From assembly GCA_049519175.1 (NCBI GenBank), contig JBEKQZ010000001.1, positions 335,679-399,678 on the forward strand: a stretch of DNA of 64,000 nucleotides, read 5' to 3'. Shown in pieces: positions 51,563 to 60,928 of the stretch. The DNA comes from Candidatus Levyibacteriota bacterium (GTDB lineage: Bacteria; Patescibacteriota; Microgenomatia; Levybacterales; UBA12049). Numbering within the stretch: position 1 is the stretch's first letter; every line of letters begins with the position of its first letter. The position numbers and the translations under genes were made by a program. Below the pieces are notes generated by a model. The model searched no databases and was not told where the DNA came from. It was given only the letters and a program-made list of their open reading frames with translations.

Positions 51563-51591
51563 TTGACATCCAAATTCATTAGTATTATTAT
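51563..51591 (+). promoter_or_regulatory. Near-consensus sigma70-like promoter TTGACA-N17-TATTAT upstream of ORF 51606
   Basis: TTGACA at 51563-51568, 17-nt spacer, TATTAT at 51586-51591, and the ATG 14 nt downstream. Confidence 0.45.
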
Positions 51592-51605
51592 TTGTTCACA
51601 AATTC

Positions 51606-51824
51606 ATGAACATAGAAATTTTTGGACATACGATAATTGATACAAGAGAACGTGACGAGTTCGGGAGATTATATAGTCAACCTTTGACAGAAAAAGAAAT
51701 AAGAGCATCTGACCATATTCTTAGAAGAGCGAATCAGGACTATGTTCCACGTCTTAAGGACTTAACTCTGAGAGATAGAATTCAAGAGATACGTGAAGAA
51801 ATTGGTCGTTTGATAAAAAGATAG
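51606..51824 (+). CDS. Small hypothetical protein (72 aa) terminated by an in-frame TAG; the frame stays open 95 more codons downstream
   Basis: ATG start with a strong upstream promoter. Charged helical sequence MNIEIFGHTIIDTRERDEFGRLYSQPLTEKEIRASDHILRRANQDY... Confidence 0.4.
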   Translation: MNIEIFGHTIIDTRERDEFGRLYSQPLTEKEIRASDHILRRANQDYVPRLKDLTLRDRIQEIREEIGRLIKR

Positions 51825-52110
51825 CCATTAACCACATCAAAAACATCAGCGGATATTGACTTTGGAGTTAAGCGAACATATACTATTTTCAATATAACAG
51901 AGGCATATAAAACACCAAAGCATTCTTTATTAAGAGACGTCATAATAGATGGAGACGTACAGGGTTGTATTGAATGGATTAACGTACAACCGAACGGAGC
52001 TTTATTTATGCAACCGGTATTAAATAGAAGACATGATCTAGCTAGAAATCCACAAGTAAGAGCGGCAATACGAGTCCAAAAAGGAAGACCACCGGTTACG
52101 TCTCAATAAC
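51825..52110 (+). other. Stop-free 95-codon continuation of the 51606 reading frame with no in-frame ATG/GTG/TTG until near its end; candidate disrupted gene or recoding
   Basis: Translating in the frame of 51606 past the TAG at 51822-51824 gives PLTTSKTSADIDFGVKRTYTIFNITEAY...RVQKGRPPVTSQ, ending at TAA 52108-52110. Confidence 0.3.
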
Positions 52111-52115
52111 CCTAA

Positions 52116-54101
52116 TTAACTCTTTAGAAGCCTGATTTGGTCTCGTAAAATCGTGGCGGTTTCGAAATCTAATTCCTTAGCGGCTTCGTGCATTTCCTTA
52201 CTTAATCTTTTGACTAACTTCTCTTTTTCATCCGACAACAAGACGTCTTTTTTACTCAAAGTTAACAAATAATTTATTTCTTCTTCGTGTTGTTCTTTTT
52301 CCACCATTCTCTCCCGGATAATTTTTTCAATCGAGCGGGGAGTAGTATGGTTTTTTTTGTTATAAGTCAATTGAATATCGCGTCTTCTGTCGACTTCGTC
52401 AATGGCTGCTTTCATCGATCCTGTTACTACGTCGGCATACATTAGCACTTCGGCGTCAACATTTCTGGCCGCTCTTCCCATGGTTTGAATAAGTGATGTT
52501 CGGCTTCTTAAAAAACCTTCTTTGTCAGCGTCTAGAATAACAACCAGTGAAACTTCGGGCAAATCTAAACCCTCCCTTAATAAGTTTATTCCGACCAGAA
52601 CGTCATGGTCTCCCCGTCTTAACCTGTCCAAAACGTCCTGTCTTTCCAAAGTCTCAATGTCCGAATGTAAATAAGCAACTTTAATATTTCTTTCTTCAAG
52701 ATAGGAAGACAAATCTTCGGCCATTCTTTTGGTCAGAGTAGTAACCAAAACCCGCTGTTTTTTCTTAACCCGTTTGGCAATTTCTAAAATTAAATCCTCA
52801 ATTTGTCCCTTCGTCGGCCGGATCGTTACTCTCGGATCAACTAAACCGGTTGGCCGCACTAATTGTTCGACAATTCCGTCATTTTCGGTTGCCAAAGACA
52901 ATTCATATTCGTCCGGTGTCGCGCTAACGTAAATACGTTGCTTAGTCCTTGGCATAAATTCCTCAAACCGGAGCGGGCGATTGTCTAAAGCCGAAGGTAA
53001 ACGGAATCCGTATTCAATTAAAGTTTCTTTTCTGGCCCGATCGCCGTTATACATTCCCCTAATTTGCGGAACCGTGATGTGTGATTCATCAATAATGGTT
53101 AAGAAATCGTCGGAACATTTTTTGAAATAGTCTAGTAGAGTATAAGGCGGCTGCCCCGGCTGCCGACCATCAAAATAGCGGGAATAATTTTCGATGCCGT
53201 TAACGTAACCCAGTTCACGAATCATATCTAAATCAAAATTGGTGCGCTGATTCAATCGTTGCGCTTCTAATAATTTACCCCGATTTTTCAGTTCGGTTAC
53301 ACGTTTATCCAGGTCGCTTCGAATCTGAGGAAAAACATCTTTGTAAGAATTTGGGTCGGTCATATAGTGTTTGGCCGGATAAATCACCGCCGTTTTTAAT
53401 TCATTAATTGTTTCGCCGGTCAACGGGTCAAATTCCAAAATCGCCTGGACGATACTATTCTTCATAACCATTCTTAAACCGTAGTCCAAATACGCCGGGA
53501 ATAAATCGATATCTTCACCCCTAACTCTAAATGTTCCGCGGCTGGCGCCATAATCGTTTCGCTCATATTGCAAATCGGCCAGGCGCACGAGAATGCTTTT
53601 TTGGTCAATCCTCACGCCCTGAGCCAATTCCATAACAAATTTGCCATACTCCAGAGGCGACCCAAGATTGTAAATGCAGGAAACCGAAGCGACGACGATG
53701 ACGTCTTTTCTGGTCAAAAGGTTAGTGGTTGCTGCCAACCGTAATTTGTCGATTTCTTCATTAATCTCAACCTCTTTTTCAATATAGGTATCACTTTGCG
53801 GTATGTAGGCTTCAGGTTGATAATAATCGTAGTAAGAAACAAAGTAGCAAACGGCATTGCTAGGGAAAAAATCCCGAAATTCCTGATAAAGTTGTCCAGC
53901 CAAAGTTTTGTTGTGGGAAATTATCAGTGTTGGCTTTTGCACGTTTTGAATAACGTTTGCCATCGTAAAAGTTTTTCCACTGCCGGTAACTCCTAAAAGA
54001 ACTTGGTTTTCTTTATTTTCTTCTAGTCCCTGGGTTAATTTTTCTATCGCCTGTGGTTGATCGCCGGTTGGCTTAAAATCCGAAACCAGTTTAAATTTCA
54101 T
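52116..54101 (-). CDS. uvrB: Excinuclease ABC subunit B
   Basis: Walker A GVTGSGKT, helicase motifs, and a C-terminal UvrB/UvrC-interaction coiled coil (..ELDFETATILRDQIRLLKS). Confidence 0.97.
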   Translation of the reverse strand: MKFKLVSDFKPTGDQPQAIEKLTQGLEENKENQVLLGVTGSGKTFTMANVIQNVQKPTLIISHNKTLAGQLYQEFRDFFPSNAVCYFVSYYDYYQPEAYIPQSDTYIEKEVEINEEIDKLRLAATTNLLTRKDVIVVASVSCIYNLGSPLEYGKFVMELAQGVRIDQKSILVRLADLQYERNDYGASRGTFRVRGEDIDLFPAYLDYGLRMVMKNSIVQAILEFDPLTGETINELKTAVIYPAKHYMTDPNSYKDVFPQIRSDLDKRVTELKNRGKLLEAQRLNQRTNFDLDMIRELGYVNGIENYSRYFDGRQPGQPPYTLLDYFKKCSDDFLTIIDESHITVPQIRGMYNGDRARKETLIEYGFRLPSALDNRPLRFEEFMPRTKQRIYVSATPDEYELSLATENDGIVEQLVRPTGLVDPRVTIRPTKGQIEDLILEIAKRVKKKQRVLVTTLTKRMAEDLSSYLEERNIKVAYLHSDIETLERQDVLDRLRRGDHDVLVGINLLREGLDLPEVSLVVILDADKEGFLRSRTSLIQTMGRAARNVDAEVLMYADVVTGSMKAAIDEVDRRRDIQLTYNKKNHTTPRSIEKIIRERMVEKEQHEEEINYLLTLSKKDVLLSDEKEKLVKRLSKEMHEAAKELDFETATILRDQIRLLKS

Positions 54102-54130
54102 CCTTCAATTTTAACACATATTGATACTGT

Positions 54131-54168
54131 TTGACTGCTTGACAATGTTTGAATAATTTTCGTATAAA
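54131..54168 (+). promoter_or_regulatory. Candidate lexA promoter/operator region: overlapping TTGACT-N16-ATAATT and TTGACA-N18-TATAAA, with a direct repeat TGTTTGA(N18)TGTTTGA
   Basis: Lies in the 101-nt divergent uvrB-lexA intergenic region. Repeats read directly from the sequence. Confidence 0.3.
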
Positions 54169-54202
54169 ATAATAGGACACAAATTTTGCGTCCAAAAGAA
54201 AT

Positions 54203-54832
54203 ATGTCAGGAGTTTTATACCGAAAAGAAAGAGCAGTGCTGGAGTTTTTAGCCCAATTTCAAAGGCAATTTGGTTACTCGCCGACATTGGCTGAAATAGC
54301 CCAAGGCACGGGGCATAAAAGTAATTCGACTGTCCATACCTTAATCAGATCTTTAGTTGATAAAGGCTATGTACAAAAAGTGGACGGTAATACACGGGTG
54401 CTAAAAATCGTTGACGAAAAAGTGACACTGTCTTTAATGGGTAGTAAACCGGCGATTGAACTGCCGTTGTTAGGCTTTATTGCCGCCGGAAAGCCATTGG
54501 AACCATATACCGACCCAAACGCTTCTTTTTTTGTGTCGGCATCACTTTTGTCTGGGAAAAGCACCGCTTATGTTTTACAGATAAAAGGCAAGTCAATGAT
54601 TGAAGACGGCATTTTAGACGGGGACTATGTCGTGATTGAAAAAGTGGCCGAAGCGGTAAACGGCGACATTGTGGTGGCGATTGTCGACGATAATCTGGCG
54701 ACACTAAAAAAATTCTTTAAGGAAGATGGCCGAGTGGTTTTGCGACCGGCCAATTCGGAAATGTCACCAATTTATCCAACGCAATTAACGATTCAAGGAA
54801 AAGTGGTAGGATTGGTGAGGAAATTTGAATAA
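54203..54832 (+). CDS. lexA: LexA repressor (S24 peptidase)
   Basis: N-terminal winged HTH. Ala-Gly cleavage site in FIAAGKP. Catalytic Ser in KGKSM and Lys in LKKF. Confidence 0.9.
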   Translation: MSGVLYRKERAVLEFLAQFQRQFGYSPTLAEIAQGTGHKSNSTVHTLIRSLVDKGYVQKVDGNTRVLKIVDEKVTLSLMGSKPAIELPLLGFIAAGKPLEPYTDPNASFFVSASLLSGKSTAYVLQIKGKSMIEDGILDGDYVVIEKVAEAVNGDIVVAIVDDNLATLKKFFKEDGRVVLRPANSEMSPIYPTQLTIQGKVVGLVRKFE

Positions 54833-55006
54833 GCCATGGAAAGAAGAGGTAAAAATACCAGTCCAGTTCAAGCTGATGCCACATCAAGATATCAAGCGTT
54901 AATGTATGAACGAACAAGACAGTCTGTTCCGCAACCTGCTTCTTGTCTGGCAAGTTATCTAAGGAGGAGAAGCACCAGAGGGTCTACTCGACAAAGCTAG
55001 AATAGT

Positions 55007-55630
55007 TTATCTTCTGAATTTAATAATTTTTAATTTGTAGTTGATATAAAATAAGCAGCCGAGAATTAAAAAAACTACAATCGCCAATTCAAATTTACGG
55101 AAATATCCGCCCAAAATTCCCCATTTACTGCCCAAATAAAAACCGACATAGGTAACCAAAGGGACATAAATTAATACAGCCAGCAGATTGCTAATTATAA
55201 ACTTCGTGAATTTAACTTCGGTAATACCAGCGGCAACGGCGATGAAAGATTTGACTCCCGGTAACATTTTGCCTACAAAAACTACCGGTGCTCCGTATTT
55301 TTTGATCCACGTTGTTGCTAATTTGTAATCATGTTCCGTCACCAGAATAAATTTACCATATCTTTTGATTAATGAGAGCAGTAAATTTTCTTCTAACAAA
55401 AACCCAATGGCGTAACCGATTAAAGAACCAACAAAATCACCGAAAATTCCAGCTATAATCACGAAAAGTAAAACTAAATTTCCTTGACTAGACAAAAATC
55501 CGGCAAAAGGCAACGTTACCTCCGAGGGAATTGGAATTGCGGAAGCGTTTAAAACCATTAAGGCGAAAACGCCGAAGTAGCCTGCGGATTGGATTAAGTG
55601 TATAATAATGCCTGGGAAACTTTCTAACAT
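55007..55630 (-). CDS. DedA/SNARE-associated (VTT-domain) membrane protein
   Basis: ..GYFGVFALMVLNASAIPIPSEVTLPFAGFL.. is the DedA signature. Start taken at the MLESF Met, since the longer ORF start at 55663 would overlap rsmI by 31 nt. Confidence 0.75.
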   Translation of the reverse strand: MLESFPGIIIHLIQSAGYFGVFALMVLNASAIPIPSEVTLPFAGFLSSQGNLVLLFVIIAGIFGDFVGSLIGYAIGFLLEENLLLSLIKRYGKFILVTEHDYKLATTWIKKYGAPVVFVGKMLPGVKSFIAVAAGITEVKFTKFIISNLLAVLIYVPLVTYVGFYLGSKWGILGGYFRKFELAIVVFLILGCLFYINYKLKIIKFRR

Positions 55631-55632
55631 AA

Positions 55633-56322
55633 ATGGGAATTTTATACATTGTATCAACACCAATCGGAAATTTACAAGACATCACTCTTCGGGCAATCGA
55701 AATTATTAAGAAAACCGAATATATTGCTTGTGAAGATACCCGCAAAACCGGATTTTTAATTAAAGCTTTGTCGGAACAGTTTGGTTCGTTTGGCGACAAA
55801 TTTCTGTTTTCGGTTTACGAAGAGAATGAAATTAAAAGAATTCCGGAAGTACTAAATGTTTTGGAAAACGGCAAGAATGTGGTTTTAGTTTCCGACGCCG
55901 GCACACCGCTTATTTCCGACCCTGGATTTAAATTAGTCCGCGAGTGCATCGCTAAAGGAGCCCGAGTCGAATCAATTCCCGGGCCCTCATCGGTGATTTC
56001 AGCCTTAGTTGTTTCGGGACTTCCTACGGATAAATTTACCTTTGTCGGTTTCTTGCCAAAAAAACCCGGACATAGATTATCGCTTTTAGAAAATTTGCAG
56101 AAATCCTTGGAATTAGTTAAATCTACAATCATCTTGTTTGAGTCGCCTTTTCGTTTGGTCAAAACGCTGGAGGAGCTAAAACAGGTTTTTGGTGATAGGG
56201 AAGTAGTTGTGGTCCGGGAGCTGACTAAAATTCACGAGGAAGTGAAAAGAGGAAAAATCTCGGAATTGATTACACATTTTCAAAAAATTAAACCCAAAGG
56301 AGAAATCATCGTGCTTTTCTAA
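55633..56322 (+). CDS. rsmI: 16S rRNA (cytidine1402-2'-O)-methyltransferase
   Basis: GILYIVSTPIGNLQDITLRA...ACEDTR is the tetrapyrrole-methylase-fold RsmI N-terminus. Confidence 0.9.
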   Translation: MGILYIVSTPIGNLQDITLRAIEIIKKTEYIACEDTRKTGFLIKALSEQFGSFGDKFLFSVYEENEIKRIPEVLNVLENGKNVVLVSDAGTPLISDPGFKLVRECIAKGARVESIPGPSSVISALVVSGLPTDKFTFVGFLPKKPGHRLSLLENLQKSLELVKSTIILFESPFRLVKTLEELKQVFGDREVVVVRELTKIHEEVKRGKISELITHFQKIKPKGEIIVLF

Positions 56323-57578
56323 AGCGACTTCAGTTGGTTTTGAATCTGCGAAAGCCGGTTATATTTCGCGACCCGTTCGCCTCTAGCCGGTGCGCCAAAC
56401 TTAACGTAATCAGCCGATGCGGCCACCGCAAAATCGGCGATAAAATCATCATTTGTTTCGCCGGAACGATGGGAAACTGTAATTTTTAGTCCCGCTGCCC
56501 GTGCCATTTCCACTACCGCCAAAGCCTCAATCACCGTCCCAATTTGGTTTGGTTTAACGATAATTCCCGTAATCGCTTTTTTCTGCAAAGCGGTCTGTAA
56601 TCGATAAGGATTAGTTGCCGTTAAATCGTCTCCCACAATTAACATTTGACTGCCTAACTGCGAACAAAGCTCTGTCCAGTTGTCCCAGTCATCCTCGGAT
56701 AAACCATCTTCAAGATAAAGAAAATGATATTGTTCGTTGAGCATTTTGTAAAAAGCGATTAAGTCTTTGGCCGAAAGAGAAGACGATTTGTCCTTAATGT
56801 GATATTGATTTTGCGAATAGAAATTGTCGGCGGCCGTATCCATGCCAAAAAACACATCAAAACCCAGTCTTAAGTTAGTTGATTCAACCGCACGTTTTAA
56901 AAGCAGTAACGCTTCTTGGTTAGAGGCCAGTTTCGGCGAAAAACCTCCTTCATCACCGATTAAAGTCGATAAGTTATTGGTTTCGATATTTTTTCTTAGA
57001 GAATAATAAATATCGGAAATCATTTTTAGCGATTCCTCGTAGGATTTAGATGTCGCCGGAATCACCAAAAATTCCTGAAAATCAAAATTATCCTCGGCGT
57101 GTTTACCACCATTGATTAAATTAAATAAGGGAGAGGGAATTTTTAGCGGTAGACTTTCTTTTTTAATAAATTCCCTAAGATATAAAAACAACGGCAGAAC
57201 AGAGCTTTTAGCTGAAGCTTTGGCAACTGCCATTGAAACCGAAAGGGTCGCATTGGCACCCAGGCGCCCTTTGTTTGACGTGCCATCCAAATCAATCATT
57301 TTTTTATCAATTTCCTGTTGACGGGAAGCGTCCATACCAATTAAATTGGGGGCAATTAATTTATTAACGTTCATAAGCGCGTTTAGTACTCCCAAACCCT
57401 GAAAGCGCGCTTGGTCATTATCTTTTAAATCAACCGCTTCATATTTTCCGACCGAAGTTCCGGTGGGAGATGAGGCAATGCCGGTGGCGCCATCGGACAA
57501 AATCACTGTCGTTTCAACGGTCGGATTGCCTTTGGCGTTGAGGATTTCCCGGGCAGATATCTGTTTAATTTTGGCCAT
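56319..57578 (-). CDS. eno: Enolase (phosphopyruvate hydratase)
   Basis: ARE.L...GNPTVE N-terminus and metal-binding DD/E blocks. 419 aa. Confidence 0.97.
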   Translation of the reverse strand: MAKIKQISAREILNAKGNPTVETTVILSDGATGIASSPTGTSVGKYEAVDLKDNDQARFQGLGVLNALMNVNKLIAPNLIGMDASRQQEIDKKMIDLDGTSNKGRLGANATLSVSMAVAKASAKSSVLPLFLYLREFIKKESLPLKIPSPLFNLINGGKHAEDNFDFQEFLVIPATSKSYEESLKMISDIYYSLRKNIETNNLSTLIGDEGGFSPKLASNQEALLLLKRAVESTNLRLGFDVFFGMDTAADNFYSQNQYHIKDKSSSLSAKDLIAFYKMLNEQYHFLYLEDGLSEDDWDNWTELCSQLGSQMLIVGDDLTATNPYRLQTALQKKAITGIIVKPNQIGTVIEALAVVEMARAAGLKITVSHRSGETNDDFIADFAVAASADYVKFGAPARGERVAKYNRLSQIQNQLKSL

Positions 57579-57583
57579 AGCGG

Positions 57584-59839
57584 TTATTTACGTAATAATT
57601 CTTTTTCGGTTTGCGCCAGCAGTTTCCGGGTTATATCAATGGCATCGGGTGAAACCGAAACACTGGTTATTCCCCAGGACACTAAATCTCTTACCAGCTC
57701 AGGATAAGTTGAAACAGCTTGTCCGCACATCGAAGCGGTAATGCCGTATTTATGGGCAGTTTTAACGACGTGTTCAAAAGCCCATAGCGGCGCCGGATAC
57801 ATTTCGTTAAATTCACTGGCAACTTCCGAATTGTCTCTATCAGTTCCCATTATCAACATCGTTAAGTCGTTGGAACCAATCGAAACGCCGTCGATGCCAA
57901 CTTCGATAAACTTTTCAAACATTATGACGTTAGAAGGAATTTCCACCATCATCCACAATTTAAAAGTGGACGAGCGTTCCAAGCCCGCTTCGTTAATCAG
58001 TTTTTTAACCGCCACTAATTCTTCCACCGTCCGGACAAACGGAATCATAATCCACAAATTTTTATAGCCCATTTTGTTACGGACGATTTTAATTGCTTCG
58101 AGTTCCAGTTTAAAAACTTCGGGATCATGAACGTAACGGAAAGCACCCCGAAAGCCTAGCATCGGATTACTTTCTTCCGGCTCAAAATCCTTGCCGCCGA
58201 CTAAATTGCGGTATTCATTGGTTTTGAAATCCGAAGCGCGGTAAACCACCGGCCGCGGGTCAAAAGCCGAGCAAAATTTACCCAAATCGGTTGCTAATCG
58301 TTCAATAAATTCATGACGTTTGCCGTCTCTGATCATTTTTTTTGGATGCACACCAATGCCCGCCATCATAAATTCAGCCCGCAGTAGTCCAACGCCATCC
58401 ACGTTTCGTTTGGCAATTCCGTCGGCCAAATCCGGTTCCGCCAAATTGACATACAGTTTAGTCGCGGTTTTAACATTGAGATATGGATTATCAACGTGTC
58501 GGGTTTGTTTGGTGGCAAATCCACCTTTGTAGACTTCACCGGTCGTGCCGTTAACCGTAATAATATTACCGTTTTTAATCATTTTTGTGGCTTTGACTGT
58601 GCCGACCACCGCCGGAACACCCAGTTCCCGCGAAACAATTGCCGCGTGAGAAGTTCGTCCGCCGCTGTCAGTAACAATGGCGACAGCTTTTTTCATCGCC
58701 GGCACAAAATCCGGGTTGGTTTCCGGCGCGACTAATACATCGCCGGGCAAAACTTTGTCAATTTCTTTGGCGGAAAAAATCACCCGCGCCGGACCGGCGG
58801 CAATCCCGGGACTGGCCGGATCACCTTTAAGAATGACGTCCGACGCCGGCACATTTTTAACCGTGACCACATCGTTGGTAGTTTTGGTGGTAGTGACAGA
58901 ACGGGTTTGTACAATAAAAATCTGGTTTTCCTCAATTGCCCATTCAATGTCCTGCGGAAAATAATAATGTTTTTCCAGTTTCTCTCCAAGTTTTGCCAAG
59001 TCGACAATCTGCGCATCGCTTATTTTTTGTTTGGAGCCCATTTTTTCCGACAGCTTAACTTCTTTGTTTTTGGTGCCGACTTTGACCAGCATTTCATGCT
59101 GCAAGGAAAACTTTTTGGTGGTAATCGAAAAATCGGATTTTAAAACTTCGTAATGGTCAGGGTTTTCCTCACCCTGCACAATCAATTCACCTAATCCATA
59201 AATTGCTTCGATCACAATCTTCGATTTATCATTGGTGACCGGGTCAATCGTAAACATCACGCCGGATTTTTCCGACTCAATCATTTTTTCCACCACCAAA
59301 GCAATACCTACCAAGACGTGATCGAAGTGTTGTTGGTGGCGGTAAAAAATTGCCCGCGCATCAAAAAGCGACGCCCAACCCTCTTTTATTTTTTCTAAAA
59401 GCACAGCGTCTCCTTTAACGTTTAAGAAAGTTTCCTGAGCGCCGGCGAATGAAGCGTTAGCCAAATCCTCGGCGGTTGCAGACGATCTGACAGCTACCAG
59501 TGGATGCTCCAAGGCTCCACCGAGCTTGTTATAGGCAGTCACGATTTGTTTAGTTAAATCCTCGGAAAGTTTTCCCGTGCGGACTAATTTTTTAATTTGC
59601 GCCGAAAGTTTATCCAAAGAATCCGAATTATCAAACTTGGCGGTAGACAACAGGTGCTTTATTTTAACATCGAGTTGATTATCTTTAATAAATTCATAGT
59701 ATGCATGCGAAGTAACGACGAAACCGTTGGGAACAGGGAAACCGGCGTTAGCCATTTCACCGAGATTTGCACCCTTACCACCGACCAGCGGCACATCATT
59801 TTTGTCTATTTCCGTAAACCATGCAACAAATTTAGGCAT
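57584..59839 (-). CDS. ppsA: Phosphoenolpyruvate synthase (pyruvate, water dikinase); PPDK is not fully excluded
   Basis: N-terminal ATP-grasp-like PPDK_N (..VGGKGANLGEM..). Phospho-His domain GGRTSHAAIVSRELGVPAVVG. C-terminal PEP-utilising TIM barrel. At 751 aa the length fits PpsA better than PPDK. Confidence 0.8.
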   Translation of the reverse strand: MPKFVAWFTEIDKNDVPLVGGKGANLGEMANAGFPVPNGFVVTSHAYYEFIKDNQLDVKIKHLLSTAKFDNSDSLDKLSAQIKKLVRTGKLSEDLTKQIVTAYNKLGGALEHPLVAVRSSATAEDLANASFAGAQETFLNVKGDAVLLEKIKEGWASLFDARAIFYRHQQHFDHVLVGIALVVEKMIESEKSGVMFTIDPVTNDKSKIVIEAIYGLGELIVQGEENPDHYEVLKSDFSITTKKFSLQHEMLVKVGTKNKEVKLSEKMGSKQKISDAQIVDLAKLGEKLEKHYYFPQDIEWAIEENQIFIVQTRSVTTTKTTNDVVTVKNVPASDVILKGDPASPGIAAGPARVIFSAKEIDKVLPGDVLVAPETNPDFVPAMKKAVAIVTDSGGRTSHAAIVSRELGVPAVVGTVKATKMIKNGNIITVNGTTGEVYKGGFATKQTRHVDNPYLNVKTATKLYVNLAEPDLADGIAKRNVDGVGLLRAEFMMAGIGVHPKKMIRDGKRHEFIERLATDLGKFCSAFDPRPVVYRASDFKTNEYRNLVGGKDFEPEESNPMLGFRGAFRYVHDPEVFKLELEAIKIVRNKMGYKNLWIMIPFVRTVEELVAVKKLINEAGLERSSTFKLWMMVEIPSNVIMFEKFIEVGIDGVSIGSNDLTMLIMGTDRDNSEVASEFNEMYPAPLWAFEHVVKTAHKYGITASMCGQAVSTYPELVRDLVSWGITSVSVSPDAIDITRKLLAQTEKELLRK

Positions 59840-59871
59840 TAAGATTATTATGGGAGAAATTTACAAAATTA

Positions 59872-60492
59872 TCAAGCGGCTTGTTTCTTTAGGGGGTATT
59901 CTGAAACTTCGATGATTTGAATGTCGGGAGCCCTTTTGTACTTTGGATTTTTTTTGAGCGTTGGCTGGCCGTTTTCTTCAATCACATAATAGCAAAAGCC
60001 CTGCATTTTTTTAACCGCTTCGTAATCGGCGTGCCCAGGCACGCTCACCGGGTTTGCTTCATCGAAATTAACGGGGGAGTCATCGGCGGTAACAAAATAG
60101 GTCTTGGAAATGTTTACCACTAAGTGCCCCCATTCGGAAGGAATAAAAATATGGTCGCCAGGCTTAACGTGCACCACAAAGACTTGTTCTATTTCGTCAT
60201 CAATCGGATTTCCGTTTGCATCCAAAGCTCTCTTTTGTAAAATCGCGATACCGTCGCCGAAAATTATCCAATAAGTTTCGTCCAATTTGCCAACGTGATA
60301 GTGTCCGTAGGTTTTAATGTATTCTCCGCCAACCGTTCCCGGTTCCCAAACCGTAATATTTTTTTGCTCACTACCACCGCGCACCATATGGTATTGAATT
60401 TCCGGGCCAGGAGCTTGTGGATCCATTAGTACTTCTTGCATTTTTTCGTAGGTTCTGGGCGCGTAATGTTTAGTAGAAAAATCTTGACTCAT
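59872..60492 (-). CDS. Cupin-type glucose-6-phosphate isomerase (archaeal-type cPGI)
   Basis: TYGHYH...ETYWII and IPSEWGHLVVN match the cPGI metal-binding signature (TxGHxH...ExY, P.xxxHxxxN). Confidence 0.65.
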   Translation of the reverse strand: MSQDFSTKHYAPRTYEKMQEVLMDPQAPGPEIQYHMVRGGSEQKNITVWEPGTVGGEYIKTYGHYHVGKLDETYWIIFGDGIAILQKRALDANGNPIDDEIEQVFVVHVKPGDHIFIPSEWGHLVVNISKTYFVTADDSPVNFDEANPVSVPGHADYEAVKKMQGFCYYVIEENGQPTLKKNPKYKRAPDIQIIEVSEYPLKKQAA

Positions 60493-60926
60493 AAATCTTT
60501 TCTCTCTTCTTTTCTCAATTCTTCTGTTTCATCCGGTCTTTTGTAATCATCTTCCAACCTAAAAGTAGTACCAATTTCCGGCGTTGATACTTCCAAAACA
60601 TCGCAATCGGTTATACCAACTAACCTATGTCTTTGTCCGATCGAGCAACTGTAGCCTTTGCCGCTTTCTAATTCGGTTTCAATTAATTCGCCTTGAGTAT
60701 TGTCCCAAACCACTTTCGCCCGACCATTCAAAAGTAGCCAACTTTCTTGTTTTTGGTCGTGGACCTGCAATGAAAGTCTTTTTCCTTCATTAATATGTAA
60801 AATTTTCCCCATATAGGGTTTGTCTTCGGGCACCCAGTGTATTTCGTAGCCCCAAGGTTTTTCAATCCTTTTTGCAAAAGGGGAATTGCTGAACTTGGTT
60901 TTGTCAAACTGACTTAAATCAATCAT
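60489..60926 (-). CDS. Cupin-domain protein resembling the C-terminal cupin of type II mannose-6-phosphate isomerase
   Basis: ..KPWGYEIHW...KILHINEGKRLSLQVHDQKQESWLLLNGRA.. has the PMI-type cupin motifs. ATGA overlap with the downstream cPGI gene. Confidence 0.6.
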   Translation of the reverse strand: MIDLSQFDKTKFSNSPFAKRIEKPWGYEIHWVPEDKPYMGKILHINEGKRLSLQVHDQKQESWLLLNGRAKVVWDNTQGELIETELESGKGYSCSIGQRHRLVGITDCDVLEVSTPEIGTTFRLEDDYKRPDETEELRKEERKDL

Positions 60927-60928
60927 AT

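Noticed and set aside
54880-54900. Palindrome GAACA-N8-TGTTC downstream of lexA as a LexA (Cheo-like) box
   Set aside because: It lies after the lexA stop in a convergent gene gap, and its spacing does not match GAAC-N4-GTTC. It is more likely a weak transcript-end hairpin.
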